Origin: Bacteroidales bacterium
Lineage (GTDB): Bacteria > Bacteroidota > Bacteroidia > Bacteroidales > JAADGE01
DNA length: 64,000 nt
NCBI GenBank assembly: GCA_021648725.1
Contig: JAKISF010000016.1
Location: 4,043-68,042 of the forward strand
Direction of reading: 5' to 3'
A model generated the notes under the pieces. The model saw only the letters and a program-made list of their open reading frames with translations, had not been told where the DNA came from and made no database searches. Position 1 is the stretch's first letter. Each line of letters begins with the position of its first letter. The translations under genes and the position numbers were made by a program. Of this stretch, positions 1 through 10,582 are shown piece by piece.

Positions 1-253
1 AATCCAAAGATTATTATTTTCAATTAATTCGTTTATCTTCAAATTCTTCATATAAAATTAAATGAGGCTTTAAATATAGATACATTTTTACAAAAAATAT
101 TAATTCTGTCAAAAATTGTAACTACTTTTGACTGAAAGCTGACATTTTGTCGTAAAAGCAATTAATTTCATGTCAAAAGTACACAAAATAAATTATGATA
201 TGAATTTTGTAACGTAAAAAATAAAAACAATTAATCTTTTAAATAATACAAAA

Positions 254-2848
254 ATGAACTTAAATAATTTCACAATAAAATCACAAGAAGCTGTTCAAAA
301 AGCATCACAAATTGCTAAATCTAAAAATCATCAGGCAATTGAAACAGCACACCTTATAAAAGGCTTAATTGAAGAAGCTGAAAATGTTACTACATTCATC
401 TTTAATAAATTAAGTATTAACACTTCAAACTTAATTTCTGTAATAAACTCTGTGATAGAATCTTACTCAAAAGTTTCAGGAGGAGTTGACTCTTACCTTT
501 CATCAGATGCTCATTCAGTATTGCAAAAAGCAATAAATATTTCTGAAAAAAGAGGAGATAAATATGTTTCTGTTGAAAGTATTTTAATTGCAATTCTTAA
601 ACACGGAGATAAAGTTTCACAAATTTTAAAAGATGCCGGGGTAAACGAGAAAGATTTGCTTAAAGCAATTGAAGAACTTCGCAAAGGAGAAAAAGTAAAC
701 AGCCAAAGTGCCGAAGATACTTTTAATTCTTTAAACAGATTTGCCGTAAACCTAAATGAAAGGGCAAGAAGCGGAAAATTAGACCCCGTAATAGGAAGAG
801 ACGAGGAAATAAGAAGGGTCTTGCAAATTCTTTCAAGACGAACAAAAAATAATCCTATTTTAATCGGAGAACCGGGTGTAGGTAAAACCGCTATTGCAGA
901 AGGTATTGCCCACAGAATTGTAAACGGAGATGTTCCTGAGAATTTAAAATCAAAACAATTTTACTCATTAGATATGGGAGCATTAATTGCCGGTGCAAAA
1001 TATAAAGGAGAATTTGAAGAACGCCTAAAATCCGTTGTAAAAGAGGTAATTGCATCAAACGGAGAAATTATTCTTTTTATTGATGAAATTCACACATTGG
1101 TAGGTGCAGGTAAAGGAGAAGGAGCAATGGATGCTGCAAACATTTTAAAACCTGCACTTGCAAGAGGAGAATTAAAAGCCGTAGGAGCAACAACTTTAAA
1201 TGAATATCAAAAATATTTTGAAAAAGATAAAGCTCTTGAAAGACGTTTTCAAAAAGTAATAATTGACGAACCCGATACAGAAGACGCAATTTCAATACTA
1301 AGAGGTTTAAAAGAACGCTACGAAACCCATCATAAAGTAAGAATTAAAGATGATGCAATTATTGCAGCTGTTAAACTTTCGCAAAGATATATAAATGACA
1401 GGCAATTACCCGACAAAGCAATTGATTTAATTGATGAAGCCGCTGCAAAACTTCGGTTAGAAATGAATTCAGTTCCCGGTGAAATTGACGAGATAAGAAG
1501 ACGCGTACAACAGCTTGAAATTGAGCGAGAAGCAATTAAAAGAGAAGGTACTAAACATAAATTGGACAGATTAGATAAATTGATTTCGGATAACCAAGAA
1601 ACTTTGGATTCTCTAACCGCAAAATGGAAATCGGAAAAAGAAGTTATTGAAAAGATACAAACCGGAAAAAAAGCAATTGAAGATATAAAATTTGAAGCAA
1701 AACAAGCCGAAAGAGACGGAAACTACGAAAGAGTTGCCGAGTTAAGATACGGACGATTAAAAGAAGAAGAAAATAAAATTGAAGAATTAAAAACTCAACT
1801 TTCTGAAATGCAGGCAAACGGTTTGTTGTTAAAAGAAGAGGTTGATTACGATGATATTGCGGAAGTTGTTTCAAACTGGACACATATTCCTGTTAAAAAA
1901 ATGGTCAAAAGCGAAAGAGAAAAGCTTTTATCATTGGAAGATGAACTTCATAAAAGAGTTATAGGACAAGATGAAGCAATAAAAGCGGTTTCAGATGCAG
2001 TAAGAAGAAGCAGGGCGGGAATGCAAGACCCTAAGAAACCGATAGGTTCATTTATTTTTATGGGAACAACCGGAGTAGGAAAAACAGAACTTGCAAAAGC
2101 TTTGGCCGAGTTTTTATTTGATGACGAACACATGATGACAAGAATTGATATGAGTGAATATCAAGAAAGACATTCAATTTCAAGACTTCTCGGAGCTCCT
2201 CCCGGATATGTAGGTTACGATGAAGGAGGTCAATTAACTGAAGCAGTTCGCAGAAAACCGTATTCCGTTATTTTATTGGATGAAATTGAAAAAGCTCATC
2301 CCGATGTTTTTAATATTCTGCTGCAAGTTTTAGATGACGGAATATTAACCGACAATAAAGGCAGAACAGTAAATTTTAAAAATACGATTATTATTATGAC
2401 GTCAAATATCGGTTCGCATCTTATTTATAACAACTTTGAAAATATTAAAGAAAAGAATTATGACGAGATAAGTGAAAAAACAAAAATTCAAGTTCTTGAT
2501 TTATTGAAAAAGAAAATGCGTCCCGAACTTTTGAACAGAATTGATGAAGTTATTATGTTCACTCCTCTTACAAAAGATGAAATTGAACAAATTGTAAAAT
2601 TGCAATTTAAAAGTCTTTCAAAGATGTTAAAAGAGAATAATATTAATGCAGAAATTTCTGAAAAAGCAATAAAATACTTATCAGATAAAGCATACGAACC
2701 GCAATACGGAGCAAGACCCGTTAAACGAATTTTGCAAAAAGAGATAATTAATGAACTTGCAAAATCTGTATTATCAAATAATGTTGAAAGCAGTTCAAAT
2801 ATTTTAATTGATGCCGATAAGGAAAAAATAATTTTCAGAAATATCTAA
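254..2848 (+). CDS. clpB: ATP-dependent chaperone/disaggregase ClpB
   Basis: 864 aa with ATG start. Two AAA+ modules with Walker A GEPGVGKT and GTTGVGKT, a long coiled-coil middle region, and a Clp N-domain-like start. Confidence 0.95.
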   Translation: MNLNNFTIKSQEAVQKASQIAKSKNHQAIETAHLIKGLIEEAENVTTFIFNKLSINTSNLISVINSVIESYSKVSGGVDSYLSSDAHSVLQKAINISEKRGDKYVSVESILIAILKHGDKVSQILKDAGVNEKDLLKAIEELRKGEKVNSQSAEDTFNSLNRFAVNLNERARSGKLDPVIGRDEEIRRVLQILSRRTKNNPILIGEPGVGKTAIAEGIAHRIVNGDVPENLKSKQFYSLDMGALIAGAKYKGEFEERLKSVVKEVIASNGEIILFIDEIHTLVGAGKGEGAMDAANILKPALARGELKAVGATTLNEYQKYFEKDKALERRFQKVIIDEPDTEDAISILRGLKERYETHHKVRIKDDAIIAAVKLSQRYINDRQLPDKAIDLIDEAAAKLRLEMNSVPGEIDEIRRRVQQLEIEREAIKREGTKHKLDRLDKLISDNQETLDSLTAKWKSEKEVIEKIQTGKKAIEDIKFEAKQAERDGNYERVAELRYGRLKEEENKIEELKTQLSEMQANGLLLKEEVDYDDIAEVVSNWTHIPVKKMVKSEREKLLSLEDELHKRVIGQDEAIKAVSDAVRRSRAGMQDPKKPIGSFIFMGTTGVGKTELAKALAEFLFDDEHMMTRIDMSEYQERHSISRLLGAPPGYVGYDEGGQLTEAVRRKPYSVILLDEIEKAHPDVFNILLQVLDDGILTDNKGRTVNFKNTIIIMTSNIGSHLIYNNFENIKEKNYDEISEKTKIQVLDLLKKKMRPELLNRIDEVIMFTPLTKDEIEQIVKLQFKSLSKMLKENNINAEISEKAIKYLSDKAYEPQYGARPVKRILQKEIINELAKSVLSNNVESSSNILIDADKEKIIFRNI

Positions 2849-2851
2849 AAC

Positions 2852-2886
2852 AAAAAAAGCCCCTTGAGATTTCAAGGGGCTTTTTT
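2852..2886. terminator. Bidirectional rho-independent terminator between clpB and porV
   Basis: Perfect 9-bp GC-rich stem gccccttga (2859-2867) / tcaaggggc (2872-2880) with a 4-nt loop. It is flanked by an A-run upstream and a T-run downstream, so it can act on both strands. Confidence 0.75.
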
Positions 2887-2908
2887 AAAATATCTTTATT
2901 TAGTTAGC

Positions 2909-4093
2909 CTACTTTAAGTTTTCTAAATTTAAACCGAGTGTAAAACGCAAGGTATTAGCCAACGGATTAGAACGACCTGCAGTCGGTACAACATAAGCAA
3001 AATCAAAATTAAGAACATTTAATTTAACACCGATTCCCATGGTAAAATATTTTCTGTTTCCTTTTGTACCGTGCTCATCAAAATAACCGGCTCTGATTGC
3101 AAATTGATTAATATACCAATATTCAATCCCTACAGAATACATTAACTCATGCATTTCTTCTGCAAAACCTCCCGGGGCATCATAAAAAGATTGAAAAATT
3201 CCTACCGGAACTGAAACATCATTCGAAATACCTAATGTATCAACAACAACACCGAGTGAATCTTTTACAATAAACTGCGGTGTAGGAACCAGCAACTTAT
3301 TAATATCAATCATTGCCGTAATAGAATTATAATCATCTAAATCCAATTTATAGGAAGCTCCGATTCTTAAATTTGCAGGTAAAAAATCATCATAATAAGT
3401 ATCATCGCTGTATGAGATTTTACTTCCTAAATTTGAAATATTTACTCCGAAATTAAAAGTTCCTGTCTTATCTTCAAGCCTCATATCTTTTGTATAGAAA
3501 AAAGATATATCTCCTGCAACTGCATTCCCCGGTTTTGTGGGAGAACCGGAACCTCCTGCCGGAATTCCTCCGGTTAAATTTGAATGAACATACCTGAAAG
3601 CAATACCGCCGGACATATTTTTTGATAACTTTAATGCATAAGCGGCATCAAAGGAAAATTCATTCGGCCTAAAGCCGGGAACGATTACTGTTCCTACACT
3701 ATTCGTGAAATCAATACTCCCTAATGAAAAATACATTAAAGATGCGGCAATTGTTTGGTTTTTATTTAACCTATATGAACCTGAAATATTTTGAAAATTA
3801 ATATCAGAAACTAAATTTCTTAACCAGGGTATATATGATAAATTCAATGAAATATCTTGCTCAATAAACGCATATTTTGCAGGATTCCAATGAATTGAAT
3901 TTGCATCAGGGCTTGAAGCAACTCCGGCATCACCCATAGCACCTGAGCGTGCATCAGGTGATATTGTTAAGAAAGGTACTCCGGTTGTGATTGCATTTAA
4001 TTCTTGTCCGATTATCGTTGAACTTTGTTGTGCAAAAACATTACCGGTAAAAAGTATTATAATTATCGTACTAACAAAAAAACTTTTCGTCAT
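2909..4093 (-). CDS. porV: T9SS outer-membrane protein, PorV/PorQ family (PorV-sized)
   Basis: 394 aa with a signal peptide ending VFAQQ. The N-terminal motif VPFLTISPDARSGAMGDAGVASSPDANSIHWNPAKYAF is what I recall as characteristic of PorV/LptO. The rest is beta-barrel-like in composition. Confidence 0.65.
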   Translation of the reverse strand: MTKSFFVSTIIIILFTGNVFAQQSSTIIGQELNAITTGVPFLTISPDARSGAMGDAGVASSPDANSIHWNPAKYAFIEQDISLNLSYIPWLRNLVSDINFQNISGSYRLNKNQTIAASLMYFSLGSIDFTNSVGTVIVPGFRPNEFSFDAAYALKLSKNMSGGIAFRYVHSNLTGGIPAGGSGSPTKPGNAVAGDISFFYTKDMRLEDKTGTFNFGVNISNLGSKISYSDDTYYDDFLPANLRIGASYKLDLDDYNSITAMIDINKLLVPTPQFIVKDSLGVVVDTLGISNDVSVPVGIFQSFYDAPGGFAEEMHELMYSVGIEYWYINQFAIRAGYFDEHGTKGNRKYFTMGIGVKLNVLNFDFAYVVPTAGRSNPLANTLRFTLGLNLENLK

Positions 4094-4124
4094 CTAATTT
4101 TAGTTTAAATTTATTATTAGTCTG

Positions 4125-4132
4125 CAAACGTA
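4125..4132 (-). promoter_or_regulatory. Bacteroidota-type -7 box (TAnnTTTG) upstream of porV
   Basis: The plus strand reads caaacgta, giving TACGTTTG on the minus strand, 32 nt upstream of the porV ATG. No clear -33 TTTG. Confidence 0.4.
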
Positions 4133-4182
4133 ATTAAAATAATATTTATTACATAATTTAATAATATTTAACATTTGCTTAA

Positions 4183-4213
4183 TAAAAAAGACGCAGTTTT
4201 AACATACCGCATC
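4183..4213 (-). terminator. Rho-independent terminator after sucC
   Basis: In minus-strand RNA, GAUGCGG / CUGCGUC form a 7-bp stem (two G-U pairs) followed by a U6 run. The pairing fails on the plus strand. Confidence 0.5.
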
Positions 4214-4239
4214 TTTTAAAAATAGATTATAATATATTT

Positions 4240-5427
4240 TTATACTAATTTTTTTACTATATCTGCTGCTTCTTGTAAAGTAATAGCAGAATGAACTTTT
4301 AAACCCGATTTATCTATAAGCTCTTTCCCTTCAATTGCATTTGTACCTTGCAACCTTACAATAACGGGAATACTGATATTTCCTATTGATTTATATGCAT
4401 CAACTACTCCCTGAGCAACACGGTCGCAACGAACAATGCCTCCGAAAATATTAAGTAAAATAGCCTTTACATTTTCATCTTTTAAAATAATTCTGAAACC
4501 GGCTTCAACAGTTTCGGCATTTGCGGTTCCTCCTACATCTAGAAAGTTTGCAGGCGAACCTCCTGACATTTTAATAATATCCATAGTTGCCATAGCGAGC
4601 CCTGCTCCGTTTACCATACAACCTACATTACCGTCAAGTTTAATAAAATTCAAATTATATTTGCCTGCTTCAACTTCTGCCGGATCTTCTTCCGTTAAAT
4701 CTCTCATTGCTGCTAAATCTTTTTGTCTGAATAAAGCATTATCGTCAATATTAACTTTTGAATCAACTGCTAATATTTGATTATCCGAAGTTTTTAATAC
4801 AGGATTTATTTCAAACATTGAAGCATCACTTTTATCATAAGCTTTGTATAATGAACTTACGAATTTCGTCATATCTTTAAAAGCATTTCCTTCCAAACCC
4901 AAGTTAAACGCAATTCTTCTTGCTTGAAACGGCAATAATCCTATTTTTGGGTCAATTTCTTCTTTATGAATAAGATGCGGAGTGTTTTCGGCAACTGTTT
5001 CAATATCCATGCCTCCTTCGGTTGAATACATAACAATATTTCGTCCGGTTGCACGGTTTAATAAAACACTCATATAATATTCGTTTGTTTCGCTTTCACC
5101 CGGATAATATACATCTTGTGCAATTAAAACTTTATTAACCTTTTTTCCTTCCGGTCCTGTTTGATGCGTAACTAATTGCATTCCTATTATATTACCGGCA
5201 ATTTCTTTAATTTCATCCAAAGATTTTGCAAGCTTTACTCCGCCGCCTTTTCCTCTTCCGCCTGCATGTATTTGAGCTTTAACAACCCACCAGCTTGTTC
5301 CTGTTTGCTCTGTTAATTTTTTTGCTGCTTCAACAGCTTCCTCAGGTGTATCCGCAACAATTCCTTCTTGAATTTTGACACCAAAACTTTTAAGAAGTTC
5401 TTTACCTTGATATTCGTGTAAATTCAT
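4240..5427 (-). CDS. sucC: Succinate--CoA ligase (ADP-forming) beta subunit
   Basis: 395 aa. Canonical start [12 protein letters not shown] and ATP-grasp plus CoA-ligase domains along the full length. Confidence 0.95.
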   Translation of the reverse strand: MNLHEYQGKELLKSFGVKIQEGIVADTPEEAVEAAKKLTEQTGTSWWVVKAQIHAGGRGKGGGVKLAKSLDEIKEIAGNIIGMQLVTHQTGPEGKKVNKVLIAQDVYYPGESETNEYYMSVLLNRATGRNIVMYSTEGGMDIETVAENTPHLIHKEEIDPKIGLLPFQARRIAFNLGLEGNAFKDMTKFVSSLYKAYDKSDASMFEINPVLKTSDNQILAVDSKVNIDDNALFRQKDLAAMRDLTEEDPAEVEAGKYNLNFIKLDGNVGCMVNGAGLAMATMDIIKMSGGSPANFLDVGGTANAETVEAGFRIILKDENVKAILLNIFGGIVRCDRVAQGVVDAYKSIGNISIPVIVRLQGTNAIEGKELIDKSGLKVHSAITLQEAADIVKKLV

Positions 5428-5473
5428 TACTTTTGTTTTATATTTTATTGAAAACCTTTATTTTTTAAAGTTC

Positions 5474-5481
5474 CAAATTTA
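5474..5481 (-). promoter_or_regulatory. -7 box (TAnnTTTG) upstream of sucC
   Basis: The plus strand reads caaattta, giving TAAATTTG on the minus strand, 47 nt upstream of the ATG. Confidence 0.4.
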
Positions 5482-5572
5482 GTTTTTTATTATAAATTAA
5501 AAAAACCGGATATATATTTTATAGCATATTAAATTTTATTTAAAGCTATAAATGATTTAATAACGAAAATAA

Positions 5573-6106
5573 ATGCGAAAACTTTTAAACAGCGAATTAG
5601 GAAGAAAATCAATTGAAGAATTTAAAAAAACTGACAAAATTCCCGTAACTGTTATTTTGGATAATATCAGAAGTATGAATAATATCGGTTCGGTCTTCAG
5701 AACCTCTGATGCTTTTCTTATAGAAAAAATCATACTTTGCGGAATTACTGCAAAACCGCCTCATAATGATATTCGAAAAACAGCACTGGGTGCAACTGAA
5801 AGTATTAATTGGGAATATTTCAAAAAAACAGAATGTGCAATAAACAAGTTAAAATCAGACAATTATACAATACTATCTGTTGAGCAAACCGAGGGAAGCG
5901 TAATGTTGCAACATTTTAGTATTGAAAATAGTAAAAAATATGCAGTAATTTTCGGGAATGAAGTTAAAGGTGTGCAACAAAAAATTGTTGATATGAGTGA
6001 TTATTGCATTGAAATTCCGCAGGAAGGAACAAAACATTCATTAAACATTTCTGTTAGTGCAGGTGTTGTTCTTTGGGACTTTTACAGAAAATTAAATTTA
6101 AAGTAA
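5573..6106 (+). CDS. SpoU/TrmH-family RNA 2'-O-methyltransferase
   Basis: 177 aa. SPOUT-type motifs: NIGSVFRTSDAF, VIFGNEVKGV and IPQEGTKHSLNISVSAGVVLW. Confidence 0.8.
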   Translation: MRKLLNSELGRKSIEEFKKTDKIPVTVILDNIRSMNNIGSVFRTSDAFLIEKIILCGITAKPPHNDIRKTALGATESINWEYFKKTECAINKLKSDNYTILSVEQTEGSVMLQHFSIENSKKYAVIFGNEVKGVQQKIVDMSDYCIEIPQEGTKHSLNISVSAGVVLWDFYRKLNLK

Positions 6107-7486
6107 ATGGCAGAAATAAATATTAACAAAATAAATAACTACTTTTTTATAGGAATTGCCGGAGACGGCATGAGTGCTATTGCACAATATTTATCAGGAA
6201 CGGGTAAAAATGTTTCCGGTTCCGACAGACAATTTTCTTCAAATAACAAAATACAACGCCAAAAACAATTAGAAACGGAAGGAATTAAATGTTTTCCGCA
6301 AGATGCATCAGGTTTAACTGATAATATTGAGTTTGTAATTATATCAACAGCAATAGAACCCACCGTTCCTGAATATAAAAAAGCAACAGAAAGAAATATT
6401 CCGGTTGTTATGCGTTCCGATATTTTAGCTGCAATCAGCAAAACTAAAAAAACAATTGCCGTCAGCGGAACATCAGGCAAATCAACAGTTTCTGCTATGA
6501 TTTATCATATTATGAATGAAACCGGATACAAACCGTCCTTAATTACCGGAGCCGGTTTAGTCAGTATTCAAGAGACAGGGAAAATAGGTAATGCCGTTGC
6601 CGGGAAGGGAGAATATTTGATTATTGAGGCAGATGAATCTGACGGTTCTTTAATAAAATATAAACCCGAAATCGGTATTGTTTTAAATATTGATAAAGAC
6701 CATAAAGAGTTAAATGAACTTGAAGAGCTTTTTTCGATTTTTAAGCAAAACAGTAAAACATTAATTGTAAATAACGCTCAAACCAGAACGAAGAAATTTT
6801 CTGAAAACATCAAACAAGATTTCGGATATTCCGAAAACACAGGATATCAAATTAATAATTTCAAACAAAACGGATTTCAAATTGATTTTACTATTAATAA
6901 TGTGCCGTTCTTAGTTCATCAAATTGGCAAACATAATGCTGAAAATGTTGCGGCAGCTGTTGCAGCTTGTACGTTAGCCGGAATTTCAGTTAAAAAGTGT
7001 GCAAATGCAATTAAATCATATAAAGGCATTTACCGACGACATCAAATCATAGCACAAGAAAACGGAATTACAATTATTGATGATTATGCACATAATCCGG
7101 CAAAATTAGCAGCATCAATTAATGCTTGCCAATTTCCTGAAAGTCGTTTATTTGTATGGTTTCAACCGCACGGCTTTACCCCTACAAAATTTTTACGTTC
7201 TGAATTTGTAAAAGAAATTTCAAATGCATTAAGGAAAGATGATGAAATTTGGATGTCAGAAATATATTATGCCGGCGGAACAGTAAGCAAAGATATTTCA
7301 TCGGAAGATTTGATTAATGACATTAATAATAACGAAAAAAAAGCATTTTATGTAAAAAACAGAAAAGATTTTCCTGTAAAAATCAAAAGCAAATTGAAAA
7401 GTGGCGATATAATTCTTCTAACCGGAGCAAGAGATATTTCATTAAAAGAATTTGCAAAATTTACAGAAACTAAAATATTTGAATAA
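6107..7486 (+). CDS. Mur ligase family protein (MurC/Mpl-like)
   Basis: 459 aa. MurC-type N-terminal Rossmann segment FIGIAGDGMSAIAQYL..VSGSD, P-loop GTSGKST, and Mur ligase middle and C-terminal domains. The ATG directly abuts the upstream stop (TAAATG). Confidence 0.7.
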   Translation: MAEININKINNYFFIGIAGDGMSAIAQYLSGTGKNVSGSDRQFSSNNKIQRQKQLETEGIKCFPQDASGLTDNIEFVIISTAIEPTVPEYKKATERNIPVVMRSDILAAISKTKKTIAVSGTSGKSTVSAMIYHIMNETGYKPSLITGAGLVSIQETGKIGNAVAGKGEYLIIEADESDGSLIKYKPEIGIVLNIDKDHKELNELEELFSIFKQNSKTLIVNNAQTRTKKFSENIKQDFGYSENTGYQINNFKQNGFQIDFTINNVPFLVHQIGKHNAENVAAAVAACTLAGISVKKCANAIKSYKGIYRRHQIIAQENGITIIDDYAHNPAKLAASINACQFPESRLFVWFQPHGFTPTKFLRSEFVKEISNALRKDDEIWMSEIYYAGGTVSKDISSEDLINDINNNEKKAFYVKNRKDFPVKIKSKLKSGDIILLTGARDISLKEFAKFTETKIFE

Positions 7487-7488
7487 TT

Positions 7489-7512
7489 CTGAAACCTTCA
7501 GTTTTATTTTTT
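7489..7512 (+). terminator. Weak rho-independent terminator after the Mur ligase gene
   Basis: 5-bp stem ctgaa/ttcag with a 3-nt loop, followed by ttttatttttt. Confidence 0.4.
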
Positions 7513-7560
7513 AATAATTAATTGTAAATTGTATTTTCAAAAATTACTTTGAAATAGAAA

Positions 7561-9936
7561 ATGAAAAAATCAAATTTTCGCTTAATATTTATTATATTCT
7601 CCCTTATTATACTTTCCGGTATTTCTTATTCACAAAATCTCACTCAAATTGTAAGAGGCAGAATTGTAGATATTGACACAAAAAATCCTTTACCCGGTGC
7701 TGTTGTAATTATCCTTAACTCAAATCCTGTAATTGCTGTTATTACAGATAACAACGGAAATTTTGAATTAAAAAAAGTTCCGATAGGAAGATGTTCATTT
7801 AAAATATCATATCTTGGTTACGAAGATATTTTGATTAATGATAAGATGATAAATTCGGGAAAAGAAACTATCTTAAACATTCAACTTCAAGAAAAATATT
7901 TTCAAAATGAAGAAATAATTATACACGGAAACAGTGAAAAAGACAAAGCAATAAGTGATATTGCCATTGTCAGTGCAAGAACATTTTCGATTGAAGAAAG
8001 TAATCGATATGCCGGCGGATTTAATGACCTTTCCAGAATGGCTACTGCATTTGCAGGAGTAGCATCTTTAAATGGAGAGACAAATGAAATAGTAATTCGC
8101 GGAAACTCACCGAGAGGATTATTGTGGCGTATTAACGGTATTGAAGTTTCTAACCCCAATCATTTTCCTCGTGGCGACGGCTCTTCGGGAGGGGGGATAA
8201 GTATAATTACTTCCGATATTATTTCAAATTCTGATTTTTTCACAGGTGCATTTCCTGCAGAATACGGAAATGCTTTATCAGGTGTTTTTGATATTAATTT
8301 AAGAGAAGGAAACAGCAACAAACATGAATTTGCACTTAAACCGGGTGCAGTAGGTGTCGAAGCTACGGCAGAAGGTCCGCTCTTTAAGAAAAGTACAAGC
8401 TCTTATTTGGTAAATTACAGATATTCAACTCTTGCAATGATTGAAAAGCTTGGCTTTAATGTTATTGACAATACAGTTATCCCGACTTTTCAAGATATTG
8501 CCTTTAATTTTACGCTTCAAACTAAAAATGCGGGAACATTTAATTTATTCGGCTTTGGCGGTATAAGTGATGCCGGAGAGAAAGCAATTATTGATACAAG
8601 TCTTTGGGTTAACGCAAGTGATAACCGGAATGAATTTGAAATTCATAAAACCGGAGTTGCAGGTATTAAAAATATGTTTGTTTTTCCGAATCATAAAAGC
8701 TATTTGCACACAATATTATCAATGAACCTTGAACAAAGTTCTGTATATCTCGATTCTCTTGATTATAATTATCAAGCAAACAGGTTATATGACGAAGATA
8801 TAAAATATCAATTTGCTCGTTTTTCAATGAAATTTAATCATAAATTCAATGTAAAGAATACTTTAAGAACCGGATTTATTTACAATTTCATGGGATTTAA
8901 TTTATCTGCAAATCAAATTAATTCAACAGGAAGTTTAACACAATTTATTGATAATACGGGAAATTCGACACTAATACAAATGTATATAAATCATAAACAC
9001 AGAATAAATGAAAACATTACTGTAAATACAGGCATTCATAGTATGAATTTCTTTTTGAATAAAGAAATAACATTTGAACCTCGGTTAGGAATACGTTGGA
9101 ACTTTGCAAAAAAACATGCTTTAAGTTACGGTTTCGGATTACATAGTCAAACAGAGGCTATTTCTACATATTTTACTAAAATTTATGATGAATTTGGAAA
9201 CTATGTTGAATCAAATCAAAACTTAAAACTTGCAAAATCAATACATAATGTAATTGCATACGATTTTTCATTAAATAAATATCATCGTTTGAAAATTGAA
9301 ATGTATCAACAATATTTATTTGACATTCCTGTCAGTACGGATACAAACAGCACATTTTCAACAATTAACAGCAGAGGCGGATTAAATAGTTTCGAACTTA
9401 ATAACAAAGGGAAAGGATATAATTACGGTATTGAATTAACTCTTGAAAGATTTTTATATAAAAACCTTTATTTTTTAAGCACAATATCATTATTTGATTC
9501 AAAATATAAAGCACCTGACGAAAAAATATATAATACTCTTTACAACAGCAATTTTATGTTTAATTTTCTTGCCGGAAAAGAATTCATGGCAGGCAAAAAA
9601 AGAAACAGTATTTTGGGTATTAACACTAAAATATTTTATAAAAAAGGAAACAGACTAACACCGATAAATATTGAATTGTCAAAACAAGCAGGGCAAACAG
9701 TTTATATTTATGAAGAATCCTATCAAAACAGAATGTCTGATTTTATTCGCTGGGATGCAGGCATAAGTTTCAGACAAAATAAAAAGAAATATTCTTGGAT
9801 TTTTTCATTAGACATACAAAATATTCTGAATCGAAAAAATATCTATTCAGAATATTACAACCCGGATACAGAGGAACTTGCATATCGTTATGCTTTGCCG
9901 TTAATTCCTGTTTTTAATTTAAAAGTTGAGTTTTAA
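7561..9936 (+). CDS. TonB-dependent receptor with CarboxypepD_reg-like N-terminal domain
   Basis: 791 aa with a signal peptide. N-terminal segment VRGRIVD..PLPGAVV, followed by plug and beta-barrel regions, with a terminal aromatic residue (..NLKVEF). Confidence 0.8.
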   Translation: MKKSNFRLIFIIFSLIILSGISYSQNLTQIVRGRIVDIDTKNPLPGAVVIILNSNPVIAVITDNNGNFELKKVPIGRCSFKISYLGYEDILINDKMINSGKETILNIQLQEKYFQNEEIIIHGNSEKDKAISDIAIVSARTFSIEESNRYAGGFNDLSRMATAFAGVASLNGETNEIVIRGNSPRGLLWRINGIEVSNPNHFPRGDGSSGGGISIITSDIISNSDFFTGAFPAEYGNALSGVFDINLREGNSNKHEFALKPGAVGVEATAEGPLFKKSTSSYLVNYRYSTLAMIEKLGFNVIDNTVIPTFQDIAFNFTLQTKNAGTFNLFGFGGISDAGEKAIIDTSLWVNASDNRNEFEIHKTGVAGIKNMFVFPNHKSYLHTILSMNLEQSSVYLDSLDYNYQANRLYDEDIKYQFARFSMKFNHKFNVKNTLRTGFIYNFMGFNLSANQINSTGSLTQFIDNTGNSTLIQMYINHKHRINENITVNTGIHSMNFFLNKEITFEPRLGIRWNFAKKHALSYGFGLHSQTEAISTYFTKIYDEFGNYVESNQNLKLAKSIHNVIAYDFSLNKYHRLKIEMYQQYLFDIPVSTDTNSTFSTINSRGGLNSFELNNKGKGYNYGIELTLERFLYKNLYFLSTISLFDSKYKAPDEKIYNTLYNSNFMFNFLAGKEFMAGKKRNSILGINTKIFYKKGNRLTPINIELSKQAGQTVYIYEESYQNRMSDFIRWDAGISFRQNKKKYSWIFSLDIQNILNRKNIYSEYYNPDTEELAYRYALPLIPVFNLKVEF

Positions 9937-9949
9937 CTAAATACTTAAC

Positions 9950-10504
9950 TTAAAAAATCAAAAACAAAATTGGAATAACTATACCTAAAGTAATATAAAT
10001 ACCACCTCTGCCCCATGCACCTTTTTTGCCTCTGACCATAAATAACGAAGTTACTGCAAACAATATCAAGGCTCCTGCAAAAATATCCGAAAACCATGTC
10101 CACCATTTATTCGGATTATAATGCAAATAATTTGATTGATAAAAAACAGGCCTTTTGCTTACAAACTCAGCCATAACTTCTCCTGTTGACGGTTTTACCG
10201 TAACAGAAGAACGACCGCTGAGGTAAATTCTTAAAATACCACCTCTTTCTACAAAATTATAACTTTTATATTCATCTTCCGAATCAAATTCTTTTAAAAG
10301 AGTTAATATTTTTGCTTCTGAAATATGTTCTTTTGACAAATCAATATCAGTATTAATTCTCTTAATATCAACAATATAATTTGGATCCCAATCTTTCATG
10401 TGGTTCAATGCAATACCTGAAATACCGTAAATAATTGTTGCACCCACAAAAAAGAAACCTATATCTCTGTGAAGTATTCTACTCCACTTTCTTAACTTTT
10501 TCAT
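9950..10504 (-). CDS. PepSY-associated TM helix protein
   Basis: Family-typical start MKKLRKWSRILHRDIGFFFVG and three or more TM helices. The longest ORF (to 10537, GTG start) runs through the upstream terminator hairpin, so I start at the ATG at 10504. Confidence 0.6.
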   Translation of the reverse strand: MKKLRKWSRILHRDIGFFFVGATIIYGISGIALNHMKDWDPNYIVDIKRINTDIDLSKEHISEAKILTLLKEFDSEDEYKSYNFVERGGILRIYLSGRSSVTVKPSTGEVMAEFVSKRPVFYQSNYLHYNPNKWWTWFSDIFAGALILFAVTSLFMVRGKKGAWGRGGIYITLGIVIPILFLIF

Positions 10505-10517
10505 CAAATTATAAACT

Positions 10518-10555
10518 AAAAAAAACTTCCAAGCCACTTTTTTTAAGACTTGGAA
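10518..10555 (-). terminator. Rho-independent terminator after the 175-aa lipoprotein gene
   Basis: Minus-strand RNA forms a UUCCAAG / CUUGGAA stem with a 15-nt loop, followed by G and a U8 run. Confidence 0.55.
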
Positions 10556-10582
10556 ATTAAAATTATAAATTTATTTCTTAAT

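Noticed and set aside
1077-2133. Three minus-strand ORFs (72, 79 and 61 aa) inside clpB
   Set aside because: They lie entirely antisense to a confidently identified, full-length clpB frame. Their sequences are leucine/glutamine-rich and low-complexity, typical of shadow ORFs.
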